Part shown: one piece after another, positions 1-8,045 of the stretch
Numbering within the stretch: position 1 is the stretch's first letter
Layout of the letters: every line of letters begins with the position of its first letter
DNA from: Candidatus Thorarchaeota archaeon
Lineage (GTDB): Archaea > Asgardarchaeota > Thorarchaeia > Thorarchaeales > Thorarchaeaceae
DNA length: 11,095 nt
Reading direction: 5' to 3'
NCBI GenBank assembly: GCA_048882485.1
Contig: JBHLRP010000068.1
Coordinates: 1 to 11,095 of the forward strand
Notes under the pieces: model-generated
What the model was told of the DNA's origin: nothing
The model's input: the letters and a program-made list of their open reading frames with translations, nothing else
Databases searched by the model: none
Translations under genes and position numbers: made by a program

Positions 1-1665
1 AGATATGTCAGATTACCGTCTGAGGTAGAGGTCCTAAAGGACATTCTCTATGGCCTGCTCGACGAATACAAGAAGCCGATTCTTGAAAATGGGTTCTCTT
101 TGCCCGACAGCCGGCGGCTAAGTCGGAAGGAGATTTTGAAAGTCCAGAAAGAGGTAAGGAGAGAGATTGGATCATATACCAAACCTCCCAGCAGTCTATT
201 CCTGGTTATCAGGAACTTGACGGCGGCTCTTAGGCTCGTTCATCTCATTGAGTTCATAGGCACTCAAGGCCTCACACCTACATATCGATACATCCAAGGG
301 ATATACGAGGAAGTCCGTCACAAGAAGAGCTCTAAGGGTGTCAAAGACCTAATATCAAAGACTGAATTCAGTCAGTTTGAGAATCTTCTGAAAGCGCTCA
401 TAGACAAAGGACACCGACATCCAAAGGCTGATGCCATTCTTGAACTTGTGAGCGAGCAGCTGTCGGTGGATTTGGACTCGCGAATTCTTGTGTTCACAAG
501 GTTTCGAGACACGGCTATGGAGGTCGTAGAAACCCTAGAACAGCTGAGAGATGTAAGAGTAAGCCGATTTGTGGGACAGAGCTCTCGACGTGCAGACAAG
601 GGATTCAGCCAGAAGAAACAGGTCGAGGTCCTTGAAGGATTCCGGAATAACGAGTTCAATGTATTAGTGGCTACACAGGTTGGGGAGGAGGGCCTTGATA
701 TCCCAGAGTGTAACTTGGTTGTGTTCTATGACTGCGTACCATCGGTAGTTCCTTACATCCAACGTAGAGGAAGAACAGGACGAAAGACACCCGGTCGTGT
801 GGTGATTTTCGTAGCCAGAGGAACTCACGATGAGTTCTATCACTGGAGTGTGATTAGGAAATTGAAGAAGATGCCTGATGCTCTAAAGGAGGCCGAGAAG
901 GACTCAGATGAGGAGCAGACTAGCCTAGAGGACTTTGTGAGCGAAGATGATATGTCTATGGACTCGCTTGAAGAGAAACCAAGACCAAGAGGTGCTCCGG
1001 GTTCGACTGATGATGCAATCAAGATGATTGTTGACTCTAGAGAGTTGCCAACTGCTGTAGCCAGGGAGCTTACTCGACTGGATGTAGAGATCTCTGGAGA
1101 GAGCCTGCAGATTGGGGACTATGTCATTTCTGAAGATGTCTGCGTCGAAAGAAAGGAGTCGGGAGACTTCATCCAGTCTCTAATAGATGGCAGGCTCTTC
1201 GTGCAGCTCTCGGCACTACGTTCATCGTATCGAAGACCTGTCCTCATAATTGAAGGAGAACAGCTGATAGGATTGCGAGCGGTGAACCCCGCATCAATAT
1301 ATGGCGCATTGGCATCGATTGCTATTCGGATTCAAGTTCCCACGCTCTGGACTCGCAATGCAGAGGAAACAGCAAATGTCCTCTATCGGCTAGCACACCT
1401 TGAACAGGTAGGAGCAAAGAAGACGTTGCGAACCAGGTCAGGGGATGCCAGAAGCACTGATGCAGAAGCGTTAGAATACGTCTTATCGGGATTCCCAGGG
1501 ATAGATACAGTCATCTCAAGGGCCATCCTTTCCGAATTTGGGACTTTGGAGAATGCTTTCTCAGCTAGTGAAAAGGAACTGCAGAGCGTAAAGGGAGTGG
1601 GAAAGAAAATAGCTAGTAGAATCAGAACTCTTCTGACTACCGAGTATCCATCGTACAAGGGCTGA
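1..1665 (+). CDS. hef: Hef/FANCM-like SF2 helicase fused to ERCC4 (XPF/Mus81-type) nuclease and HhH domain; 5'-truncated by the window
   Basis: Frame is open from base 1 (RYVRLPSEVEVLKDILYG...), so TTG at 100 is not the true start. Helicase motifs ILVFTRFRDT (IV), FVGQ, ATQVGEEGLDIP (V), YIQRRGRTGR (VI); acidic linker; ERCC4 motifs IVDSRE, GDY, VERKESGD (ERKxxxD intact); HhH-like FPGID and VKGVGKKIA. Confidence 0.93.
   Translation, partial: RYVRLPSEVEVLKDILYGLLDEYKKPILENGFSLPDSRRLSRKEILKVQKEVRREIGSYTKPPSSLFLVIRNLTAALRLVHLIEFIGTQGLTPTYRYIQGIYEEVRHKKSSKGVKDLISKTEFSQFENLLKALIDKGHRHPKADAILELVSEQLSVDLDSRILVFTRFRDTAMEVVETLEQLRDVRVSRFVGQSSRRADKGFSQKKQVEVLEGFRNNEFNVLVATQVGEEGLDIPECNLVVFYDCVPSVVPYIQRRGRTGRKTPGRVVIFVARGTHDEFYHWSVIRKLKKMPDALKEAEKDSDEEQTSLEDFVSEDDMSMDSLEEKPRPRGAPGSTDDAIKMIVDSRELPTAVARELTRLDVEISGESLQIGDYVISEDVCVERKESGDFIQSLIDGRLFVQLSALRSSYRRPVLIIEGEQLIGLRAVNPASIYGALASIAIRIQVPTLWTRNAEETANVLYRLAHLEQVGAKKTLRTRSGDARSTDAEALEYVLSGFPGIDTVISRAILSEFGTLENAFSASEKELQSVKGVGKKIASRIRTLLTTEYPSYKG
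916..939 (+). other. Putative PCNA-interacting (PIP-box) motif QTSLEDFV in the Hef linker
   Basis: cag act agc cta gag gac ttt gtg = Q-x-x-L-x-x-F-V, close to the QxxLxxFF consensus, in the acidic linker between helicase and nuclease. Confidence 0.6.
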
Positions 1666-1676
1666 GAGAAAGAAGT

Positions 1677-2348
1677 TCAAGGAACATCTGGGTTCTTGCG
1701 GAGTCCTTCCTTGTATGCCCTTCTGAATCTGTCTGTGAGTTCCTTGCTCAGTTTCTGATATTGCTCAAAATCAGAATCGTTAAGCTTGGCAAGACAGAGG
1801 ATTCTCTTGAGAGCGAGATAGACTCCTGGATCCATGGCAGAAACCTTATCGAGGATTTCCTTCACTTCGGCCTTTGCCTTCTTCCACAGGCGGTCGCGTT
1901 CAACGAAATCCTCAGCTATCTCTCGAATCTCGTCCTCGTCTTCGAAAACGAATCCTAGGCCGCGCATCGTGCCTACCAAGTCAAGTGTCATGTCAATGCC
2001 ATTCACAGTTCTCTCAGGAAGGTCATCCATATCGCTGGTTGCAATAAAGACATTCTCAGCTGTGGCGACCCATAGCTTCGTCATAATGTGTGAGCCACCA
2101 TTGCCAGCTGGCTCGAATCCATCCTGCGTGATGAGACCAGCCCGTTCTAGCTCCTTTAAGTGATAGCGGACCGTCTGAGGCTTCAGCTCTTTGCTCGGGT
2201 CAGCATCTTCTAGGAATTCACAGACTTCGGATGTGGACATCCGCTTTGATCTAAGAGCATGAAGGATCCGCCTGCGGTTCTCATCATTTAGGGCACGGAC
2301 TACTGCTGCAGTTTCTTCTTCACCAGCTACAATCCTAAGCGTTTCCAT
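1677..2348 (-). CDS. ArsR-like winged helix-turn-helix regulator with helical C-terminal extension
   Basis: RALNDENRRRILHAL...MSTSEV...PQTVRYHLKELERAGLI matches the ArsR-type wHTH pattern; GGAG at 2361-2358 lies 9 nt upstream of the ATG; converges on hef with an 11 nt gap. Confidence 0.8.
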   Translation of the reverse strand: METLRIVAGEEETAAVVRALNDENRRRILHALRSKRMSTSEVCEFLEDADPSKELKPQTVRYHLKELERAGLITQDGFEPAGNGGSHIMTKLWVATAENVFIATSDMDDLPERTVNGIDMTLDLVGTMRGLGFVFEDEDEIREIAEDFVERDRLWKKAKAEVKEILDKVSAMDPGVYLALKRILCLAKLNDSDFEQYQKLSKELTDRFRRAYKEGLRKNPDVP

Positions 2349-2394
2349 CTCTCAAGACTCCATCAATGAATAGTTCATGTTCCAACGGTTCAAT

Positions 2395-2414
2395 GATAGG
2401 AAACGACTCCTATC
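2395..2414. repeat. Perfect 7 bp inverted repeat GATAGGA-N6-TCCTATC upstream of the ArsR-like gene
   Basis: gatagga (2395-2401), loop aacgac, tcctatc (2408-2414). Function (operator or RNA hairpin) is inferred. Confidence 0.5.
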
Positions 2415-2486
2415 GATTTGTTGATCGGTCCACAAGACCCCGCTTAGGGGCGACTTGCAGATATCGGTGTTCAAGGTCACCTGAGA

Positions 2487-2512
2487 TACATCTTCTCGAG
2501 TGAGAAGGTGTA
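2487..2512 (-). terminator. 11 bp stem-loop 2 nt after the small wHTH stop codon; possible terminator or stability hairpin
   Basis: tacatcttctc (2487-2497), loop gagt, gagaaggtgta (2502-2512); 10 of 11 positions Watson-Crick. No U-tract follows, so termination is uncertain. Confidence 0.4.
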
Positions 2513-2514
2513 AC

Positions 2515-2757
2515 TTATGCAGGGACGTAAATCCACTGACGCATGTCTTGCAGGCATGGTACTCTCTTGATTAGTTTCTTCTTGAGGAGTTTCCTAAGTG
2601 CGTATCTGACAGTCCTTGGTGCAAAAGACACCTTATCCAGAAGCTGCTTCGGTGTAACACCGTTCTTCCCACTGCTCCGGAGGATGTCTAATACGATCAT
2701 CTGGCTCTTGGTGAGCTTTAGTTCCTTAAGCTCCTCTCTCAATTGTTCATCTGACAT
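2515..2757 (-). CDS. Small basic winged-HTH DNA-binding protein (MarR-like archaeal type), ~80 aa
   Basis: LTKSQMIVLDIL...VTPKQLLDKVSFAPRTVRYALRKLLKKKLI...DMRQWIY. AGGTGA (2774-2769) overlaps the track's GTG start and looks like the Shine-Dalgarno site, so the start is more likely TTG 2760 or ATG 2757. Confidence 0.8.
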   Translation of the reverse strand: MSDEQLREELKELKLTKSQMIVLDILRSSGKNGVTPKQLLDKVSFAPRTVRYALRKLLKKKLIKRVPCLQDMRQWIYVPA

Positions 2758-2789
2758 CAATTTCGATATCACCTACTTCCGTTCGTAAG

Positions 2790-2826
2790 GTTTGAAGCCC
2801 GCAGAGTTCTCAATCTTGCTTCAAAC
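2790..2826. promoter_or_regulatory. Perfect 9 bp inverted repeat GTTTGAAGC-N19-GCTTCAAAC upstream of the small wHTH gene
   Basis: gtttgaagc 2790-2798 and gcttcaaac 2818-2826 read directly; regulatory role inferred from position. Confidence 0.5.
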
Positions 2827-2832
2827 AACGTC

Positions 2833-2858
2833 TAATAAGTTCACAACAACCCTTATTA
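2833..2858. promoter_or_regulatory. Inverted repeat TAATAAG-N12-CTTATTA; candidate back-to-back TATA boxes or operator
   Basis: taataag 2833-2839 and cttatta 2852-2858; each strand reads CTTATTA pointing outward in a divergent intergenic region. Confidence 0.45.
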
Positions 2859-3187
2859 ATGTATCGCAGCCTCGAGTCGAATGTCGCAGTCTATCACCGC
2901 GGACCCATTTCGGCCAACTGTGTGGACAGAATTGTCCTAGCATACTGAATTCTCGATGTATTTGCTGTCTTTGCATTCCGCCATTAAATCCTCCACAGGC
3001 AGTATTTGTAGACCTCTAGGATTTCGCGGTCCATTGGAGCGGCAGACGTGGAGAGTGTTTACAGATCTCCCATCGATACCTGTCGCACCCAGCGGACTGC
3101 GTCTTATAGGAGAGATGTTCAAGAAGACGGCCTGTCCAGAGGTGCATTCCTATTACATCCGGCAAACTCTATAACGAGGTACACTAA

Positions 3188-4456
3188 TTGAAACTTCGAA
3201 CCTCTATGAAAAAGGCAGCCCTACTTGCCGCTGGCGAATCCACACGAATGATGCCCTTAACAGCTAACATGCCAAAACATCTTCTTCCTATCGCAGGGAA
3301 ACCTCTGGTGTTCCATACTCTTGAGGCACTAAGAAACGCGGGGATTAAAGAAACCTTGATGATTGTTGGCTATCGAGGAGAGGATCTGAAGAAAGGAATA
3401 GACTCTGTTGATTGGAGTCCAATGAGCATCTCCTATGTTGAACAGAAAGAGAGACGAGGGACTGCTCACGCTGCAGGTCATGCAAAAGAATTCGCCGGTG
3501 ATGATCAACTAATTGTTATGAACGGGGATATTATGATGGGCCCTGATGCATTTCAAGGCCTCATTCAGCACCATAAGAAAGGGGGATTTGAGCTGACCTT
3601 GACAGTGTTCCCCATTGATGACCCGTCGCCATATGGAGTGGTGGCAGTAACAGATGGAAAAGCGACTGAGCTTATCGAAAAGCCTTCAAAGGACCAGTTG
3701 GTAAGCAATCTGGTCAATGTGGGAATGTATGCTGCTGGACCTTCGCTGTGGGAGTCCATTGAAAACACCAAGCTGTCTCAAAGAAACGAGTATGAGATTA
3801 CAGATTCGATTACAATGCTGATAAAGAAAGGAAATGTAGGCGCTTTTTCAATACCTTCTTGGTGGTTGGACGTTGGGAAGCCGTGGGACCTTCTGAAGGC
3901 TAACAAGAAGCTGCTAGGCCTCATCCACGAGCAAATCGCAGGTGATGTTGAGAAAGGAGCGACACTAAAGGGAGAGGTAATTGTGGAGAAGGGAGCCACT
4001 ATACGGAACGGAGCGTATGTCGAAGGACCTGTGTTCATTGGGGAAGATTCTGTGATTGGGCCCAACTGCTTCATTCGGCCTCACACAAGTCTCGGCAAAG
4101 GAGTCAAGGTCGGGAATGGGTGTGAGGTCAAAAACTCGTTGATAATGGATGGGTCTAGTATTGGGCATCTCTCATATGTAGGTGACTCTGTGATTGGCCG
4201 AAGGGTCAACTTTGGAGCTGGCACAATTACTGCAAATCTAAGACACGATAATCAGTCTGTGAAAGTCACTGTCAAAGGAAAGAGAGTGGATTCAGGTCGC
4301 AGAAAGCTGGGAACAATAGTTGGTGATGACGTCAAGACTGGTATTGGTACCCTCTTGGCACCAGGAGTTGTGATTCACCAAGGTGCAAGGACCGGCATCG
4401 GGGTTATAGTTGAACGCGATGTAACGCCAGGGAAAATGGTCCATGGCAATGGGTAA
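3188..4456 (+). CDS. glmU: Archaeal bifunctional sugar-1-phosphate nucleotidylyltransferase/acetyltransferase (GlmU-type)
   Basis: LLAAGESTRMMPLT...PKHLLPIAGKP, EQKERRGTAHA, NGD, YGVV, EKP, RNEYEITD, WLDVGKPWDLL, then left-handed beta-helix repeats with HLSYVGDSVIG, NFGAGTITANLRHD, GRRKLG. GAGGT (3176-3180) is 7 nt before TTG 3188; ATG 3206 is an alternative start. Confidence 0.88.
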   Translation: MKLRTSMKKAALLAAGESTRMMPLTANMPKHLLPIAGKPLVFHTLEALRNAGIKETLMIVGYRGEDLKKGIDSVDWSPMSISYVEQKERRGTAHAAGHAKEFAGDDQLIVMNGDIMMGPDAFQGLIQHHKKGGFELTLTVFPIDDPSPYGVVAVTDGKATELIEKPSKDQLVSNLVNVGMYAAGPSLWESIENTKLSQRNEYEITDSITMLIKKGNVGAFSIPSWWLDVGKPWDLLKANKKLLGLIHEQIAGDVEKGATLKGEVIVEKGATIRNGAYVEGPVFIGEDSVIGPNCFIRPHTSLGKGVKVGNGCEVKNSLIMDGSSIGHLSYVGDSVIGRRVNFGAGTITANLRHDNQSVKVTVKGKRVDSGRRKLGTIVGDDVKTGIGTLLAPGVVIHQGARTGIGVIVERDVTPGKMVHGNG

Positions 4457-4480
4457 TGAGTACATGATGAGGTTCAAGCT

Positions 4481-6007
4481 TTGTCCAAGATCCGGCTCAG
4501 AGAACACAATGTCGTTGTCAAGGATCTTAGAGATGTCAGTATTCTTGTTGGATACTGCTACCCATCTACATATAGAGCAGGTATGACTGGGTTGGCAACC
4601 CACCTGTTTTACGCACTCCTCAACAATAGAAGCGACGTTTCTTGCGAGCGATATTTCCGATATGATGTCCCATCACCTATTCATTCACTAGAAGCGTCTA
4701 GACCACTATCAGAGAATCACATTGTGGCCTTCTCTCTCACATGGGAGGAGGACATTATCAACCTCATTCAGATGCTAGAGCTTGGCTCGATTGTGGTTGA
4801 AGCAAAGGACAGGGGGAATGACAGCCCTATCGTGTTAGTCGGCGGGCCAGTTGTAAGCTCCAATCCTGAGCCCTACGTAGATTTTGTGGATGCCTTTGTC
4901 ATTGGCGAAGGCGACCTGGTCATACATGACGTCATCGATGCCGTCAAGGATTCTTCTTCCAGGTCGATTGCTCTACAAGAACTGTCAGAGATTCCAGGGG
5001 TGTATGTTCCAGCAGCGGAACCATCCTCAGTGTCTAGGATAATCATAGACGACCTTGATTCTCTTCCATACCCAACATCTCAAATCATTCCGGAAGTCAA
5101 GGAAGGGTCACAGCTTGAACCAGTTTTTGGGAAATCATTCCTGGCTGAAGTTACGCGTGGATGTGGACATTCCTGTAAGTTTTGTCTGATTGGACACATC
5201 TGCCGCCCCCGAAGAGTCAGGTCCCTTACGAGAGTTAAGGAAATTATTGCACAAGGACTTGAGTCATCTCCGGTAAAGAAGGTGTCATTGATTGGATCAT
5301 CCCTTGGCGACCACGATGGCTTGGAAGAGCTTGCACACTGGGTCATAGGACAGGGTGTTGAACTATCAGCTCCATCACTTCGAGCAGACTCGCTCACGCT
5401 AGAGCTTCTAGAGGCTTTTGTGAAGGGAGGCCAACGGACACTCACAATAGCACCAGAGGCAGGGTCATCGCAACTCAGAAAGGTGATGGGCAAAGGACTT
5501 GATGATGAGGATATTGATAGAGCCATCAGAATCGCCAAAGAAGCAGGTTACAAAGCGGCAAAACTCTATTTCATAATAGGTCTTCCAGAGGAATCTGAAG
5601 AGGATATTGTGGCTATAGTTAGAATGATCAAACAGTTGGCTCAGACATATGGAATCAGGATTACAGCTAGCGTCAATCCTTTTGTCCCCAAGGCGCATAC
5701 AAGATGGGAAAGGGAAGCGCAGCCTTCTGTTGAAGCACTTCGTGAGAAACTCAAGTTGATTGAGGGAGGGATACGAAATGTCCCAAGAGTGACAGTTGAG
5801 GGTGTTGATCCGAGAAATGCAAGAATTCAGGCAGCACTCTCAGTTGGCGATCGTTCAATTGGTGGAGTGATCCAGTTGGCAGCAAAGCATGGAGGACTTG
5901 GAGGCTGGAGAAGGGCGGAGAAAGAAACCGGCACCCCATTTTTCGCACTTGCGAATGAAGCACGGTATGCTGATGGGAAACTTCCATGGTCATTCATATC
6001 CAGCTAA
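4481..6007 (+). CDS. Radical SAM enzyme with N-terminal B12-binding-like domain; substrate unknown
   Basis: CxxxCxxC in EVTRGCGHSCKFC; N-terminal YPSTYRAGM, AFSLTWE, VGGP, FVIGEGD; SLRAD, TIAPEAGS, LYFIIGLPEE, PFVPKAHT. GAGGT (4469-4473) is 7 nt before the TTG start; 24 nt after glmU. Confidence 0.88.
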   Translation: MSKIRLREHNVVVKDLRDVSILVGYCYPSTYRAGMTGLATHLFYALLNNRSDVSCERYFRYDVPSPIHSLEASRPLSENHIVAFSLTWEEDIINLIQMLELGSIVVEAKDRGNDSPIVLVGGPVVSSNPEPYVDFVDAFVIGEGDLVIHDVIDAVKDSSSRSIALQELSEIPGVYVPAAEPSSVSRIIIDDLDSLPYPTSQIIPEVKEGSQLEPVFGKSFLAEVTRGCGHSCKFCLIGHICRPRRVRSLTRVKEIIAQGLESSPVKKVSLIGSSLGDHDGLEELAHWVIGQGVELSAPSLRADSLTLELLEAFVKGGQRTLTIAPEAGSSQLRKVMGKGLDDEDIDRAIRIAKEAGYKAAKLYFIIGLPEESEEDIVAIVRMIKQLAQTYGIRITASVNPFVPKAHTRWEREAQPSVEALREKLKLIEGGIRNVPRVTVEGVDPRNARIQAALSVGDRSIGGVIQLAAKHGGLGGWRRAEKETGTPFFALANEARYADGKLPWSFISS

Positions 6008-6105
6008 ATCTACGAGGCCATCTTGGCTACAGTTAAAAGGGATTATTCTAGAAAAGACTTGGAAAACATCCCACGAGCCCGAGTGCAGGCTGTCTGGTGG
6101 TTATA

Positions 6106-6450
6106 ATGGCTGACGAAGAATTCAAGGATGACTTTCCAGCGCTTGCCAAGGAGATGAATGAGGAAAGAACATTGACTCATAGGATAGATGGTGTCCGCAC
6201 AATGTCTGATGACGAGCCTGACGAACCAAAAGAGCACAAGACCTTCCTACCAGATGTTGTGGATTATATTCGAAGATGTGATACTGTTAATCAGGCAATT
6301 GAGATTGTGGACTACTTGCTCAGCCGAGCGGAGATATCCCCCTCTGATGCTCGGCAAATTAAGTCCCAACTCAAGGCTGATGGTCTTCGAAGCTTCGGCG
6401 CGAAAAAGGAGAAAGACCACTACCTCCACCATGGTATAGAGCCCGAGTGA
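6106..6450 (+). CDS. Conserved archaeal protein of unknown function, DUF2095-like
   Basis: FPALAKEM...PDVVDYIRRCDT..QAIEIVDYL..RAEIS...GLRSFG.KKE..HY matches my recollection of DUF2095; GGTGG at 6096-6100 favours ATG 6106 over GTG 6097. Confidence 0.75.
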   Translation: MADEEFKDDFPALAKEMNEERTLTHRIDGVRTMSDDEPDEPKEHKTFLPDVVDYIRRCDTVNQAIEIVDYLLSRAEISPSDARQIKSQLKADGLRSFGAKKEKDHYLHHGIEPE

Positions 6451-6512
6451 TATTCAACCCCATAGCCAATTTCAGCAGATTCTCCTTCTTCTATTGATGG
6501 GAGTCTTTATGT

Positions 6513-6539
6513 CCCATATGAAGACATACTCATATTGGG
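6513..6539. terminator. Stem-loop between the convergent DUF2095-like gene and atpB
   Basis: cccatatga (6513-6521) pairs with tcatattggg (6530-6539) with one bulged base, 19 nt after the atpB stop; pyrimidine tract ttctccttcttct at 6480-6492 on the + strand. Confidence 0.4.
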
Positions 6540-6558
6540 GAGGTCGAAGTCAGAGTTT

Positions 6559-7959
6559 CTATGCAGCCTTGTAGGCGCCTCGTTCCTTTGCCCAGGAGAT
6601 GGTATCAGGATCGCATCTCTTTAGCTCACGCTCTGGGAACTCACTTAGCAGGTTCCACCCCAGATCCAGCGTCTGTTCAAACGAACGGTCCTCGAACTCA
6701 CCCTGACCGATGAACTCAGCCTCGAAACGGTCAGCAAACTTCAGATACTTCTGGTCACGGTCTGTGAGTGCCTCAGAGCCAACCACTGCTACCAAGTCTC
6801 TCAGGTCGATACCTTCGGAGTAACCATAGTAGAGCTGAGCTTGAACTTCCTTATGGTCGAATCGAGTCATGCCCTCCCCAATGCCTTCCTTCATGAGTCG
6901 ACTCAGTGATGGGCCAGGGTCAATCGGAGGATAGACGCCCCTTCTGTGCAGACCACGGCTCAATGGGAGCTGACCCTCTGTGATATAGCCGGTGAGGTCA
7001 GGGATTGGATGGGTCATGTCATCCTGTGGCATTGAAAGGATTGGCATCTGAGTGATGGTTCCATTTCTTCCATTGATGCGCCCTGCCCGCTCATATATCA
7101 GACTGAGGTCAGTGTATAGGTAGCCTGGATACCCACGCCGGCCAGGCACTTCGGACCTCGCAGCACTGATTTCCCTCAGAGCTTCAGCGTAATTTGTCAT
7201 GTCGGTCAGAACAACAAGAACGTGCATATCTGACTCATAGGCTAGATACTCTGCAGCTGTGAGTGCAGCTCTGGGAGTGATGATTCGTTCAATGGCAGGG
7301 TCATTTGCTAGGTTAAGAAATAGAGTGGTGTGTTCCAGTGCACCAGTTTCCTCGAAGGACTTCATGAAGTACTGTGCTTCCGTGGCTGTAATCCCCATGG
7401 CTGCGAACACAATGGCAAACTCACCCTCTTCACCTGGAATCTTGGATTGTCTCACAATCTGAGCAGCAATTCTGTTATGAGGAAGACCTGAACCTGAAAA
7501 GATTGGCAGCTTTTGCCCTCGGACCAATGTGTTCAGACCATCAATGACCGATAGACCAGTCTGGATTGGCTGCCTAGGATACTGACGAGCATAGGGATTA
7601 ATTGGTGATCCATAGATGTCCCAATGGTCCTCAGCAGTTAGTTTAGGACCACTGTCCAGTGGATTTCCTGATCCGTCAAGAACACGACCAAGAATCTCAG
7701 TAGAAACGGGGAGTTTCAAGGTTTCACCGGTAAAACGGACTGCTGTCACATCAGTGTCTAGGCCACTCGTTCCCTCGAAGACCTGAATAACAGCTCTTCC
7801 TCTACCCGTTTCAAGCACTGTGCCTGTGAGGAGTTCTCCTGACGGGGCGCGAATCTTGACGACTTCATTATAGCTGACATTGTGTGTGCCCTCAACGACA
7901 AGTAGTGGTCCACTCACATCGGATACGGTACGATAAGCAACAGAGGATTTCTTTGACAT
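6559..7959 (-). CDS. atpB: A/V-type ATP synthase subunit B
   Basis: [95 protein letters not shown]; GAGGCGG (7975-7969) 9 nt upstream. Confidence 0.97.
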   Translation of the reverse strand: MSKKSSVAYRTVSDVSGPLLVVEGTHNVSYNEVVKIRAPSGELLTGTVLETGRGRAVIQVFEGTSGLDTDVTAVRFTGETLKLPVSTEILGRVLDGSGNPLDSGPKLTAEDHWDIYGSPINPYARQYPRQPIQTGLSVIDGLNTLVRGQKLPIFSGSGLPHNRIAAQIVRQSKIPGEEGEFAIVFAAMGITATEAQYFMKSFEETGALEHTTLFLNLANDPAIERIITPRAALTAAEYLAYESDMHVLVVLTDMTNYAEALREISAARSEVPGRRGYPGYLYTDLSLIYERAGRINGRNGTITQMPILSMPQDDMTHPIPDLTGYITEGQLPLSRGLHRRGVYPPIDPGPSLSRLMKEGIGEGMTRFDHKEVQAQLYYGYSEGIDLRDLVAVVGSEALTDRDQKYLKFADRFEAEFIGQGEFEDRSFEQTLDLGWNLLSEFPERELKRCDPDTISWAKERGAYKAA

Positions 7960-8014
7960 CTAAATTAGCCGCCTCAGGTCTTCTAGTCAAGTCGGCTCGG
8001 TACAACTCTCCTCG

Positions 8015-8020
8015 TTTTAA
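8015..8020 (-). promoter_or_regulatory. TATA-like box (TTAAAA) possibly driving atpB separately
   Basis: AT-rich hexamer in the 86 nt gap upstream of atpB, ~55 nt from the start codon. Confidence 0.3.
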
Positions 8021-8045
8021 GACTTACCGTGTGGCGGGAGGGTGT

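Noticed and set aside
100-102. TTG at 100 as the hef start
   Set aside because: The frame is open back to base 1 and helicase motifs I-III are missing, so the gene starts upstream of the window.
2792-3174. Track ORFs 2792-3019 (+), 2956-3174 (+) and 2937-3122 (-)
   Set aside because: Mutually overlapping, no recognisable domain, no convincing start signals; probably chance ORFs.
2773-3187. tRNA, SRP RNA, RNase P RNA or CRISPR array in the long intergenic region
   Set aside because: No cloverleaf or T-loop, no recognisable SRP or RNase P conserved motifs, no regularly spaced repeats.
4021-4420. Repetitive Gly/Val/Ile pattern in the glmU 3' half
   Set aside because: Explained by the hexapeptide repeats of the acetyltransferase beta-helix.
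6451-6558. SECIS-like element in the atpB/DUF2095 3' region
   Set aside because: Neither flanking gene has an internal in-frame TGA, and the hairpin lacks a convincing SECIS core.
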